Of a DNA stretch of 64,000 bases, positions 47,328 through 58,755 are shown piece by piece. Origin of the DNA: an uncultured virus (IMG/VR IMGVR_UViG_2061766007_000738) (Duplodnaviria > Heunggongvirae > Uroviricota > Caudoviricetes). The position numbers and the translations under genes are program-made. Location: IMG/VR virus record IMGVR_UViG_2061766007_000738; one strand, 5' to 3'. The notes beneath the pieces were generated by a model. The model was given only the letters and a program-made list of their open reading frames with translations. It was not told the DNA's origin and searched no databases. The first letter of the stretch is position 1. Each line of letters begins with the position of its first letter.

Positions 47328-47352
47328 TTTTATCCGAGCTAATTTTGCTCGG

Positions 47353-47387
47353 ACATGTATTATGCCCGAAAAACGCCCTATTTTAAG
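47353..47387 (-). promoter_or_regulatory. Repeated leftward promoter-like motif (copy 1)
   Basis: CTTAAA-17 bp-CATAATACATG, repeated at ~47787-47820. Confidence 0.55.
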
Positions 47388-47739
47388 GGCGAATCAGGTA
47401 CCATTCGAGGTCATGATCTTCGTTCTCTTTGACTACGATGATACGATCTTCTGCACCAAAAAAGCGCGGTAACGGCGTCGTTGGCAGCTGCCCATAATCG
47501 ATGTAGGCTTTTAGGACGCTATTGACGCGACTATTTCTCAGTCCTTCTATGATTGATGCACGCGCAAAACCCGAGGCGCGGCTGTCATCAAGATGATCGG
47601 ACCATTGTCTGTTGCGATACATTTGCACGATTTCTGCAACACCCACTTTCTGGATATACGGAAACGCGCCCCCGTTGTTGCAACCGTCCAGATTGTACAC
47701 CAACATAGACACATCGAGATTGTTGACCAAATATACCAT
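47383..47739 (-). CDS. Hypothetical early protein
   Basis: ORF after GGAGG. Confidence 0.7.
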   Translation of the reverse strand: MVYLVNNLDVSMLVYNLDGCNNGGAFPYIQKVGVAEIVQMYRNRQWSDHLDDSRASGFARASIIEGLRNSRVNSVLKAYIDYGQLPTTPLPRFFGAEDRIIVVKENEDHDLEWYLIRP

Positions 47740-47786
47740 TTTAGTCCTCCAAGTTGTTGATTTTGAACGGGATAAGATATCCCGAG

Positions 47787-47820
47787 CATGTATTATGCCT
47801 CAAAAATGCCCATTTTTAAG
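47787..47820 (-). promoter_or_regulatory. Repeated leftward promoter-like motif (copy 2)
   Basis: CTTAAA-17 bp-CATAATACATG. Confidence 0.55.
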
Positions 47821-48362
47821 CTATTTTTAGGCACTTTTAGGGGTGTTTTGGGCATATACGCCAAAGTGCAGAATTTGCCCTTTCAAACATCAGTAAGAGG
47901 TCATTTTTGAGCTATTATAGGCGTTTTTGGAGCTTAAGAGCTCATTTTTGAGCTATTACACGCATAACTCGCGATAAAATGCCATTTTCGAGGGCTAGCT
48001 CGAGTTTTAATCGGAGTTATGGCGATTTTGGGACTAAAAATGTCAAGTTTGTGGAAGACATTCCAAGAACTTGGCAAAATTGCCGAGTTTGAGGAGTTTG
48101 CACCCCAAATTTAAGAAAAATCATGTCGAATTTCTTAAAAATCGAGCTCAGAGTCAGAAAAGTGTCGGAAATAGTCGGTTTCTGTCGGGAAAAGTGTCAA
48201 AATATGCGAAAATCCCTATTAGAAGGGGATAAAACCCACTTTTAACACGGTTTTAACCCACATTAGCCCAGCGGGCGCTGCTTTGGTGAAATTTGAGGAT
48301 AAGCCCTTGAAAAACCGCTAAAATGGACTATATTGAGTGCGAATACTGCCGAAAGGACGCAC

Positions 48363-51300
48363 ATGAACGCAGAAAAGCTGATAAAAGAGACCGTAGAACG
48401 CATAAAAAGCGGTCAACTTACCGATTTTTCCCCATTGATAGCGCTTTTCCAGTATGAGCGCAAACCAATGACCTTAGACGGTCATTTTATGTTTTTGCCG
48501 TTGTTTTCGCTGGAAAGACCTAAATATATCTCCCTACAATCAGGTCGTCAGGTCTCTAAATCATTCACCTCAGCAGAAGTGAGTTTACTGACGACTGGAA
48601 TGATAGAGAGTTTCAACTCTATCTATATTGCGCCCAGATACGAGCAGATCAAGCGTTTTAATAGTCAGGTTCTGCACCCATTGATGAAGTCGTCTCCGGT
48701 AACGCCTTTGCTTATTGATAAGGAAGGATCTTATTCGATTGAGATGAAGTCTTTCCTGAACGGGAATTCATTAACATTGGCACATTCTTATCTAAATCCC
48801 GATTCTGTTCGTGGTTTGACTAACTGTGGCTCCCTGCAGGTTGATGAGTCCGTCCGCGGGGACACAAAAATTGCAATCTTTCACTTGACAGATTGCCAAG
48901 ATGGTGTATATTATATCTCGGATAGGCCGGAGATCGTTCCGATATCCGAGGTAAAACAAGGCGATATAGTGATGTCGTTCACCTCGGAAGGCTGTATATA
49001 CAGCCCGGTGGTGCGAGATGCGTCCTACCATGGGCGTAGAGCCGTATTTAAGGTTACTACGCAAAGTGGACGCAGTCTGTGTTGTACCGCCGACCACATG
49101 CTGCAGACTAATAAAGGCGGTATGCGATTATCAGAGTTAATCGAATATGCTTGTAACAGCAGAAATGGTGCGCGAGCAGGCGCAGAAGGATGGCATCAAC
49201 GAGATGGTGCTGAGTGCGATTGTGGGAACGATTCTGGGGGACGCGAATGTGCGGCGACCCCGTCCTTGGGGAAACGCGAACTCCGGTCTTCGGTGGAACC
49301 ACGGCCTGAAGCAGAAAGACTATTTGGAGTACAAAGCGAGCATATTATCCGGGCTCGTTACCCGTCCAGTATCCGTGAAGGAGAATCCCGGCTACGGGAA
49401 GTATTGGGCTGTGCTGACAACCAGGTCTTTGCGGACATTTACATTGCTTGCGTGGATGATCTATCCGGAAGAACGTGCTCCGAAGACTATAACCGCGGAG
49501 TTGTTGAAGCTAATAACCCACCCAATCGGGCTGGCGTGGTGGTTCGGGGACGACGGTTCCAGAAGCAAAGGATTAAACGGCGGATCCATTGCGACAAACG
49601 GCTTCACCGAGGAAGAAGTAGACTTGCTGAAGTCTTGGCTTGCGGCCGTCNNNNNNNNNNNNNNNNNNNNNNNNNNNNNNNNNNNNNNNNNNNNNNCTCC
49701 GGTAATATACTTGGATCGACTTGCATTTATAAAGTTATCAGAACTGGCACTGGAGTTTCTACCGGAGTCGATGCAGTACAAATTGGTACTTATCAAGAAA
49801 ACGTGCGCACATTGCGGAGCGGAGTNNNNNNNNNNNNNNNNNNNNNNNNNNNNNNNNNNNNNNNNNNNNNNNNNNNNNNNNNNNNNNNNNNNNNNNNNNN
49901 NNNNNNNNNNNNNCACGAGAAACACATTGCTTACGGAGCGGCGTATCGGGAGGCACATCGAGAAGAAATTCGCCAGAAGTCCCGCGACGCGTATGCGGCG
50001 ATGACACCGGAACAGCGCGAGCACAAAGCGCAGTATTGGAAAGATTATGTGGAGACCCATCGGGATCAGCGCAATGCAAAGCGTCGAGAACTGCGTGCGC
50101 GCAAGAAGGGCGACCCGGAGTACGAACGGAAGCTGAAGGAAGAGCGCCAACGCTACTATCAGCGAAAAAAGGCGGATCCAGTACGTCACGCGCACTTGTT
50201 GGAGCTGTCACGTGCAGCACGACAACGGCCCTCCCGGAAACAGCACGACTTGGAGTATCAACGCAAATACCGGGCGGAGCATCCGGAGGTATACACAGCG
50301 CAGAGAGCGCGTGCCGAGGCACGTCGAAAAGAGCGTATGCAAAACGATCCAGAATATCGGGAAAAACGCTTAGCACAAGAGCGAGAAATACAAGCGCGAC
50401 GGCGTGCGAAGAAACAGTTAAAAAAGACAACTTCGTCTACGACCGAATAATCACTATAGAATACGTCGGCGAGGAGGATGTCTATGACATCGAAGTAGTT
50501 GGTACACACAACTACATCCTCGCCAACGGAATATGCTCCTATAATTGCCAAGATATTAACCCCGATTTTCTCCCGGTTTTCGAATCCACGACTGACGCAT
50601 CTAAGTATGGATGTATACAGACGACGGGTACTCCTAAGACATCAGATACACTTCTTACATTGCAATTCAATAAATCGTCGCAGTGTCATTGGGCGATTAA
50701 ATGTCCGCATTGTGCTAAATGGAATATTGCCGCTATTGACGAACAACTTATAAAGATGATCGGCAAAGCAGGGCTCTCCTGCGCCTTCTGCGGAAAGATT
50801 CTTGACCCACGTACAGGTGGGTGGTTGCCGAAGTTCCCTGAGCGCCAGCGGTTCCACGCGGGCTATCACGTCCCGCAGATCATTCTTCCTATGCACTGCG
50901 AGAATCCGACCAAGTGGGCAGTACTAAGATCCCGACAGGCTGAGTGGACTCAAAGTAAGTTCTTCAATGAAGTGCTCGGGGTGGAGGCGGATCAAAGTGT
51001 TAAATTATTGACTGTTAATGACTTAGAGAAAGCTCAGGGTCCTTGGGAAAATTCCTTGGACAACGCCGCCAAGATGGCGAAGGAATTCACTACAGTGTTC
51101 GTCGGCGTGGACTGGTCGGGAGGCGGTGGTGGTTTCAGCCGTACCGCCATTTCGGTGATAGGGCATAGGAGCGGTCATCGGGATACTTGTGTGCTGTTCC
51201 TCGAAACTTTGCCGCATGGTCTGACTCCCGAAGAAGAAGCAGACCGCGTAGCCGCGGTATATGCACGTGTAGGCGCACAGATGCTCGCACACGACTATAC

Positions 51301-51771
51301 CGGTGCGGGGTTCGTACGCGAATCCGTTCTCTTGGGCAGACATCCTTATCTGCGGGACCACATCTATCCCTTCGCCTACGTATTCCGTACCGGCAAGCAG
51401 CTTGTAACCTACCAAGAATCCGGCAGCCGCAAAAGCGCTAACGTAGNNNNNNNNNNNTCAACTCCATTCGCTCCGGGTTGTTGCGCATTCCTAAATTCAA
51501 CCCGGCGAATCCCAAGGAGCCCATCTTGGAGATGCTGAACATCGTGGAGCGTCCGCAGGAATTCTCCAAAGCCTCCATCAAGGACGTGTATATTCTACAA
51601 CGAGCCGCGGGCAGATATGATGACGCCGCGCATGCGGTCAACATCGCCTATATCGCACAATGCGACTTGACGGAGGATTGGCCTAACTTCGCGATGGATC
51701 CCAAGTATGAGATGTCGGAAGCCGCTTTGAATGAACTTACGGGAGGTAGCGGAGAGGTAAGCGTGATCTAA
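48363..51771 (+). CDS. terL: Terminase large subunit, intein-containing
   Basis: Walker A GRQVSKS; Walker B LQVDE|CQD split by the intein; GTPKT; CPHC/CAFC; nuclease VGVDW and YDDAAHA. Confidence 0.9.
48849..50545 (+). mobile_element. Intein in terminase Walker B
   Basis: Block A SVRGDTKI, block B TADH, blocks F/G VYDIEVVGTHNYILANGICSYN followed by Cys+1. Confidence 0.9.
49147..50450 (+). CDS. LAGLIDADG homing endonuclease with Cys motif and long basic helical tail, in the +1 frame inside the intein
   Basis: AIVGTILGDA and LAWWFGDDGS motifs; own ATG; joined to the R/K/E-rich tail across the 49826-49913 gap by inference. Confidence 0.8.
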
Positions 51772-51958
51772 AGGTCGACAAGCTCGGTAATAACACCGCG
51801 GGTTTTGATCGCCACTTTACCGGTATAGCCGAGCTGTTTGAGATATCTTCCGTAACTTGCAGGCGTTGCGGGTCTTCCGCAACACGGTTTGCGTGAAGGA
51901 ACCCGAATACCTTTGGCACGAAGCTGACTTTCAATGACGCTGGAATCGATGACTTGTC

Positions 51959-51987
51959 TTGACATATTTGATATCCTGTGCTATACT
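51959..51987 (+). promoter_or_regulatory. Sigma70-type promoter
   Basis: TTGACA-17 bp-TATACT with TG extension. Confidence 0.75.
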
Positions 51988-52053
51988 GTAGTTCAAACGG
52001 GAAAGCTGCCGTTTATGATTTGCGCAAATCTAATATAGCCTAAAGAGGGCAAA

Positions 52054-53003
52054 ATGGACGATCTTATTTTTCAAGTTCCGGAATTCGTGAAGACTGCGAG
52101 TGCTTCCGACCTAGATCCCAATGCACCGGACGCGGTGCTGGTGGATGGGATGCGGATCGACACCCGTGCCGGTGCGTGGAAGGCCGGTGCAGAGCTTCGT
52201 AAGAAAGCATATGCCGGGGAGTACGTCAATCCTTGGTATAAAAGCGAAGTCAACAAGGCGTGCGATCTTTTCGGTATCACCAATGACGACTATGTCGCCA
52301 ACCCGCTGGAGTGTGACCATNNNNNNNNNNNNNNNNNNNNNNNTCTTCATCTCCGATGCCGACCAACTCAATAACAGCATCCAAGAACTTCTCATCAAGC
52401 GTGCGTCGCACCCGCTGGGGTTCTGCCGGGATTGCGCCAACAAGTTGCTGGATTGCGCCTATGGTCACAACTATGCGATGAATCGTAACGACGAGGTCGA
52501 TCTTCTGCGCCTTGCCGGTACCGCGCATTTCAATAAGGAAGCCGCGGGTATTGAGATTCGGNNNNNNNNNNNNNNNNNNNNNNNNNNNNNATGGGGACGA
52601 GGAATACGCTTCGCGGATGTATAAGCTCGCTTCGCTGGCAGACGAGATGCCCGAGAACAGCTCCACCATCCTCACGTCCACTGTCGCGGATGCGGTCGAC
52701 CTCTTCGACCAGCACTTCGGATTGCTCAACAAGCTCGCGTCGCTTGATATGCAACGCATCGAAGACGCCATCTACCTCACTGCCGAGGAAGCTTTGCAGA
52801 AAAGTGCTTCCGAGAAGGTCGCCATTGACGACGAACACGGTATTCCCAGAGGTCGGTTGATGGTCGAATCCACCCGGCAGCAAATGGCCAAGTGGGCTTC
52901 CATGCAGGGATACACCACCAGCACCGAAGCTGACGATATCGTTGACTGTGTGTCGGCGATGCCGTCGAGCCTTAGAGCCGACTTCTGCGAAATCTTTGCC
53001 TGA
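52054..53003 (+). CDS. Hypothetical, putative virion protein (gap-split)
   Basis: Joined fragments; recurring KTAS/KLAS/KSAS motifs; downstream of terL. Confidence 0.55.
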
Positions 53004-53011
53004 GGTAGGTT

Positions 53012-53620
53012 ATGAGCCAACTTCTGGCGGAAAAGACGGCGTTCGCTACCCCGCTGTTGCTTTATGCCTATGATTTGATCGGGGATGAGATCTTTGACCT
53101 CGAGCCCGAGACTATCGAGCAGATCCTAAAGCAGCAAAATCATAAAACGCTCCAACGCAACGTTGATAAAGTCAACGCGGCGTTGGGGCTTTTGACCACC
53201 AACCTCTTCTGGCAAGACCCCATCACCTTTGCGGTGACTTGTCGCACGCTTAATAGAAAGGCGCGCGTGAATGCCGCACCTCCCGATATCGAGGACGTGC
53301 TGTGGGGTATTACCGAGGCACGTTTGATCGTCGGTAACCCCGACGAGGAGAACGAACCCTTTTCCGACAGTATCAAGGCTTATATCCAGCAGCTCCTTAA
53401 AATGGCGGGNNNNNNNNNNNNNNNNNNNNNNNNNNNNNNNNNNNNNNNNNNNNNNNNNNNNNNNNNNNNNNNGTACGATAGTTCCCGCGAGCGGGTTGAC
53501 GATCTCGAACAGGGGCTGTCCACTAAAATGGCTACCATGCTCAAGCAAATCAAGGATCTGCGAATAAAGATCTCCGAAGAAGCCGCCAAAGACCTTGAAA
53601 AAATATTGGAGGGTCGTTAA
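53012..53620 (+). CDS. Hypothetical phage protein
   Basis: ORF after GAGGT. Confidence 0.7.
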   Translation: MSQLLAEKTAFATPLLLYAYDLIGDEIFDLEPETIEQILKQQNHKTLQRNVDKVNAALGLLTTNLFWQDPITFAVTCRTLNRKARVNAAPPDIEDVLWGITEARLIVGNPDEENEPFSDSIKAYIQQLLKMAXXXXXXXXXXXXXXXXXXXXXXYDSSRERVDDLEQGLSTKMATMLKQIKDLRIKISEEAAKDLEKILEGR

Positions 53621-54003
53621 TGCCCAGCATTACCGTACAAATCACGCTTGCCGGTCCTACGGAAGAAGGGGGCACTTGCGACGTCCTTTATCAGGTCATC
53701 GACACTGTTGATGTGGATCCCGCTATCTTCGTGGTCAAGAGTTATCCCCCCGCTTATCAAGGCGCGGATCGTCAGCTGATCTGGCAACACGTGGCCTATG
53801 CGGATGAGATGACAAATCTGTTGACCACTATCCAGAATGCCGGCACCGCGCAGATGATTCGTAAAGCGAACGCCAATGTGCGCTATCCCTCTTTACAGGC
53901 GGCTACNNNNNNNNNNNNNNNNNNNNNNNNNNCGCTTGGTAGACGAGCTTAATGCGCTCGAGATCTACAGCGAACCCATTATATTCACCATTACGAGCAC
54001 TGA
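53620..54003 (+). CDS. Hypothetical phage protein
   Basis: TAATG coupling; gap-split. Confidence 0.6.
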
Positions 54004-54009
54004 TTGAAA

Positions 54010-55873
54010 ATGCCGAACGATCGTAACTACGAAAATTATGCTGTCGCCTCCGGTGAATCCCTTTATGCGGTTCTGCTAAAAGAGGCAAACACTACCAGTC
54101 GCAACATCGTCTGCTACACCGGTTACTACATGGGTGGTACCCCGGTAATTTTGGATCCCAAGCCTTTTGACTTGGCGCGGGATTTGTCCACCGGAAATCT
54201 GTGGCAGTATACCGGCAGTGCGTGGGTAGCTCCGAGCTGGCAAACCTCGATCACGATCTGGCTCGGTGGTGCCACCACTGTCTGCGAGCGGTTAAAAGCC
54301 CCGGATACCAAAATACCGGATACCGTAACCGTGTATTACGGCACTGATGACGCCGTTCCTCCGGAGCTGGCGCTGAGTGCAGACGATTTGGTCATCAAGC
54401 ACGATGTCGGAAATTATAATCTCGAAGCCAATGTGATGCGCCGGGACGTTACCACTAATACGATGGTGGACGTGCCTTTCCCGGAGGGGTATATCGCCAC
54501 TACTGACGACGGAGATTGGACCGTCCTCAAAAACTTCACCCAGTGTGTCGGGTACGACTATGCGATGGTTTCGTTGGCATGGACTACCACTGCCGATGGN
54601 NNNNNNNNNNNNNNNNNNNNNNNNNNNNNNGTCGCCGAACTCATCGCCAGCGATATCGTCAGCGGCGCTTTGGTGGATTACCCGACATCGGGTGCCGTCG
54701 TTGACATGATCGACTCCGCTATTGGGAGCGGTGGTGATCTAAGCAATTATGTCACAAGCTCGGGGGTGTCTGCGATAGCCAGCAACATAGCGGTCACTAC
54801 GTTGCTCTCGGGCGGTCAAGCGGCTGTCGGCGATGTGTCTGNNNNNNNNNNNNNNNNNNGCCGACTTCGTGATGTCGAGTAAATCGCTTACTCTGGTAAG
54901 TTCCGGCGGCAGCTTCGTGTATCGCCCGGATAACTATCTTTGGGTTTCCACAGGCATCGACGGATATGGCGATATCTCCAACACACTGAACGCCCCCGAA
55001 GTGTCTGCTGGATTTTTCGCCACCTCCAGCGGCGGAGCGATAGTCGTTTCTGCAGTTGGAGTAACCGAATCCTTCCTAGAAGGGCCTGCTGATTCCACGG
55101 TAATTGACGGTCTTATCGCCAGCTCGACCGACGGGGGGAGAACGTGGACGTTCGGTGATGCGGGCATCTACTGGGGCACCAATGGAGAAGAGGTGGATGG
55201 CGAAGGCTGGTGTTACCCCGTTTGGGGTATCGGACGCTGCTGCGGAGCAGAGTTGCTGCAGGGCACGTTATCCGCGTCCGGAGCGCTGCTATCGAACACC
55301 GAGATCGATACCACCATCGGCGATTACCGCATCACTGCGACTTCCGGCGGCGTGGTCGTCTCCGGTACTGGCGCGAGCGTGGTGTTGAGCGGTGGGAAGA
55401 TAGAGATGCGGAATCTCGGCGGATGCGGCGTCATTGCAGATTCGGATGGTAACCTCGTACTCAATGGCGGCGACGTTTTGGGAATCAACGCGGAGCATGT
55501 GCTCATCGGCGGCAACATAACTGTCGAACTTGCCGCCAACAGTGTCACCGTCAACTCGCGCTCCGTCGCCACGCAGCTCGTTACCTCGACCATTACTGAT
55601 AGCTCGACGGCGTTTATTGCCGTGCTCTCCGGCGGCACGAGTTTAACTTATAGCACCCCCCTGTACCAAATGGATATTTCCCACGTCGTCAAGACGACCG
55701 AGGCGAGTTTCATCCACTTCACGCTCGACAGTGAGCCCGCGCCAACGCCGGTCGTCATCTCCGGCTATACCTTCGACTCCGGTAGGTTCGAGGCCGGCAA
55801 GGAGTACCTCGTCGGTTTCTTCGACGGCATGTGCGCCGTGAATGAAGTTACGTCGGGGGGCATCCTGCAGTGA
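54010..55873 (+). CDS. Putative tail fibre/structural protein (gap-split)
   Basis: S/G/T/V-rich, beta-rich composition; many SGG motifs. Confidence 0.55.
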
Positions 55874-56567
55874 GTGCCAGTTTCTTCATGCTGATGGCGG
55901 CGGGGGCGAAAAAGCTGNNNNNNNNNNNNNNNNNNNNNNNNNNNNNNNNNNNNNNNNNNNNNNNNNNNNNNNNNNNNNNNNNNNNNNNNNNNNNNNNNNN
56001 NNNNNNNNNNNNNNNNNNNNNNNNNNNNNNNNNNNNNNNNNNNNNNNNNNNNNNNNNNNNNNNNNNNNNNNNNNNNNNNNNNNNNNNNNNNNNNNNNNNN
56101 NNNNNNNNNNNNNNNNNNNNNNNNNNNNNNNNNNNNNNNNNNNNNNNNNNNNNNNNNNNNNNNNNNNNNNNNNNNNNNNNNNNNNNNNNNNNNNNNNNNN
56201 NNNNNNNNNNNNNNNNNNNNNNNNNNNNNNNNNNNNNNNNNNNNNNNNNNNNNNNNNNNNNNNNNNNNNNNNNNNNNNNNNNNNNNNNNNNNNNNNNNNN
56301 NNNNNNNNNNNNNNNNNNNNNNNNNNNNNNNNNNNNNNNNNNNNNNNNNNNNNNNNNNGGACTGGAATGACCGCCCGGCGATGTGCGACAATGTGAGCTG
56401 GCAGATGTTCTACAATCAGGGTACGGGCGAGTTTAATTACGCATAAGGAGGTGCAATATGTTGTGGATCAAAGCGGGCAGATTTACACGAGCGGCGGTAT
56501 CATTGAGTTGATGCGCTATGCAAGGTAACATACTCCATTCGGCAATATTGAGATAGCTCTAAAGATA

Positions 56568-57557
56568 ATGGCGAAGAAACTCCTGCTAATTAATGGTGGC
56601 GGGCAGTACGGGATCGTACCTGCCTATTTCCTCTCGTTGATCGAAGATTTCACCGGAGAAGATTTTCGAGAGCATATCGATTGTCTTTCCGGGTCGTCCA
56701 TCGGTGGTATTCTTTCCGCGATGTACGCCACCGGTACCCACCCTGGAAACATAAAACAAGTCTTCCCCTATGCTTGTAAGAAAATCTTCCAAAAGCGCTT
56801 TTTAGCCAAGGTAAACCCGCTCGCCGCCCCCAAGTACGACGATACCGAGCTACAGTCGTTTATTGACGGCTACATTAAACAGCGTACTATCGGAGATATC
56901 CATCGTATTTATCCGAAGCTGGACGTGTTCTTCGCTGGTTTGGATATTACTGACGATTCCTTTAAAGTGTGGGATAATATCACCGGCAAAGACGACAATG
57001 AACGTCTTAGCGAGATCTGTCGTATTACTTGCGCGGCGCCCACCTATTTTGATGGGGTGAATCGAAACGGTCACGCGATGGTCGATTGTGGGCTTATCGA
57101 GAACACGATGCTGATGACCACCACTATCGGGTATAAGACCAAGCGCGACGTGCCCTTTGAAGAAATGGATGTGCTGTTGCTGGGGACGGGGTTCCTGGTC
57201 GACGAAGAACCACTCGACTTCAAGAAGTACAGTGGTCTCAATCAACTCGGCATTCTCTTCAACCTCATCATCCCTTATGTCACGCAGAGTAATGAGCTTG
57301 CGTCCATTTTCTGGGCACGCGGGCTCGGGTTGCGTAATTTCTACTACTTCAATCCGGTGACTATACACGGCGAATTGGATGAGACGTCTTTGCTTCCGGA
57401 AGTGGAAAAGGACTGCCTGCAGTGGGATCAACGATTCATTCAAACATGGAAGAACTTCCTCTCTGACGAGAAGAAAGATTCTGTTAAGGATGTTCGCGAG
57501 TTGATTGTACTTCCCCCCAAGCAGGGCGAAGCCTACTACCGGAAGATAGAAGCATGA
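56568..57557 (+). CDS. Patatin-like phospholipase
   Basis: NGGGQYG, GSSIG nucleophile, CAAPTYF, DCG in place of DGG. Confidence 0.88.
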   Translation: MAKKLLLINGGGQYGIVPAYFLSLIEDFTGEDFREHIDCLSGSSIGGILSAMYATGTHPGNIKQVFPYACKKIFQKRFLAKVNPLAAPKYDDTELQSFIDGYIKQRTIGDIHRIYPKLDVFFAGLDITDDSFKVWDNITGKDDNERLSEICRITCAAPTYFDGVNRNGHAMVDCGLIENTMLMTTTIGYKTKRDVPFEEMDVLLLGTGFLVDEEPLDFKKYSGLNQLGILFNLIIPYVTQSNELASIFWARGLGLRNFYYFNPVTIHGELDETSLLPEVEKDCLQWDQRFIQTWKNFLSDEKKDSVKDVRELIVLPPKQGEAYYRKIEA

Positions 57558-57970
57558 ACCTCGTTGGTTTTGGTGTAGAAAGCGCACAACCCTATCTCGA
57601 TAAGCTTTTGGAGCTCGACGAATATTCCGACGAGAGCCACGAGTTAGTCTCACGAGTGCGACAACTTGTGCAAGAGGATAACGTAGTGCGTTATACTCTT
57701 CCGGGGTTGCCGGTGTGTTGGAAGTGCACGCTGAAACACGTCGGGCAGGCTTTGGGCTTTGCCGCTGAGTTGGAAGCGTACCCGGAGAGAATTGCTTGTG
57801 TAATAGGTGAATTGGGACATGCCTATCGGGAGTGCCCGGATAAAGATCTTGCGCAATATATCCGTGTGCTGTATCTAAGGATACTCGACACTGGTTGTGT
57901 AGAGGATATGACGGAGCTGCTGAAGCGTGTGGTGAAAGGCTGGAAGAGCTATTTACAAGAAGATAAATAG
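57554..57970 (+). CDS. Cys/His-motif hypothetical protein
   Basis: CWKCTLKHVGQA...GELGHA; paralog of 59876-60250. Confidence 0.65.
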   Translation: MNLVGFGVESAQPYLDKLLELDEYSDESHELVSRVRQLVQEDNVVRYTLPGLPVCWKCTLKHVGQALGFAAELEAYPERIACVIGELGHAYRECPDKDLAQYIRVLYLRILDTGCVEDMTELLKRVVKGWKSYLQEDK

Positions 57971-58755
57971 TCTTCCAATGCTTTATAGTTCATGTGACCC
58001 GGATCTGTGCAGTCCAGCTCGGGTACCGGGTCGATTCTTTTATAAAAGGGCGAGAAGTGATGGCGCTTGTAGAGGTGCAATACATGTCCGTGGTGTAGGC
58101 ATGTAGCCATGCAGAACGTTCCCGTATTTACTCCGACGAAACCGCGGCACTGTTTGATTACCGAGATAGCGTTCTCTACGGATGCTTCGAAGTCCCTGCA
58201 GGTATAGTTCACGAAAGAGGCTTNNNNNNNNNNGTTGCGGAACTGCACCTCGATCGGCGTGAATCCGGCTTCTTGTATTTTCCGCCAGATAATTGCGGCT
58301 AAACCTGGATTAAGACCTTTCGTAGGATCCGAGTTTACTTGGTATACGAATCCCATGCAGTCTTTTCGAAGTTGCAATTCCTTATTCCATTTGACGGGTT
58401 CCCACGTAAACTCCAGTTCTTTACTCCACGGTATGCCCAACTCGAACACTGCGCAGGCTTCCGGCTTACTTAGCGCGTATTTTCGGTTGCGACAAAAGTC
58501 TGGTGTTTCTGGGAAATGGATGTCGAACACCACGTCTACGGGAGCATCGGGGGTCTCTGCAAAATATTGTTGATCCGTATTGGGTTTGAGGTGCCATTCG
58601 ACTTCCGGGTGCAGTTCCTTCAAGCGCTGATACAAGGGTTGGAACATCACCATGTCGCCCAAGCCGTGGTTGTCAAACTTCACAAGGGCGCGCATTCCCG
58701 GTTTAAGATGATCCACAACGCGTTTGTCGGTAAATTGCGATATCACCGTAGACAT
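57949..58755 (-). CDS. GT9 (heptosyltransferase)-like glycosyltransferase
   Basis: HGLGDMVMFQP..LKELHP; FVGVNTG. Confidence 0.7.
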   Translation of the reverse strand: MSTVISQFTDKRVVDHLKPGMRALVKFDNHGLGDMVMFQPLYQRLKELHPEVEWHLKPNTDQQYFAETPDAPVDVVFDIHFPETPDFCRNRKYALSKPEACAVFELGIPWSKELEFTWEPVKWNKELQLRKDCMGFVYQVNSDPTKGLNPGLAAIIWRKIQEAGFTPIEVQFRNXXXXASFVNYTCRDFEASVENAISVIKQCRGFVGVNTGTFCMATCLHHGHVLHLYKRHHFSPFYKRIDPVPELDCTDPGHMNYKALEDYLSSCK

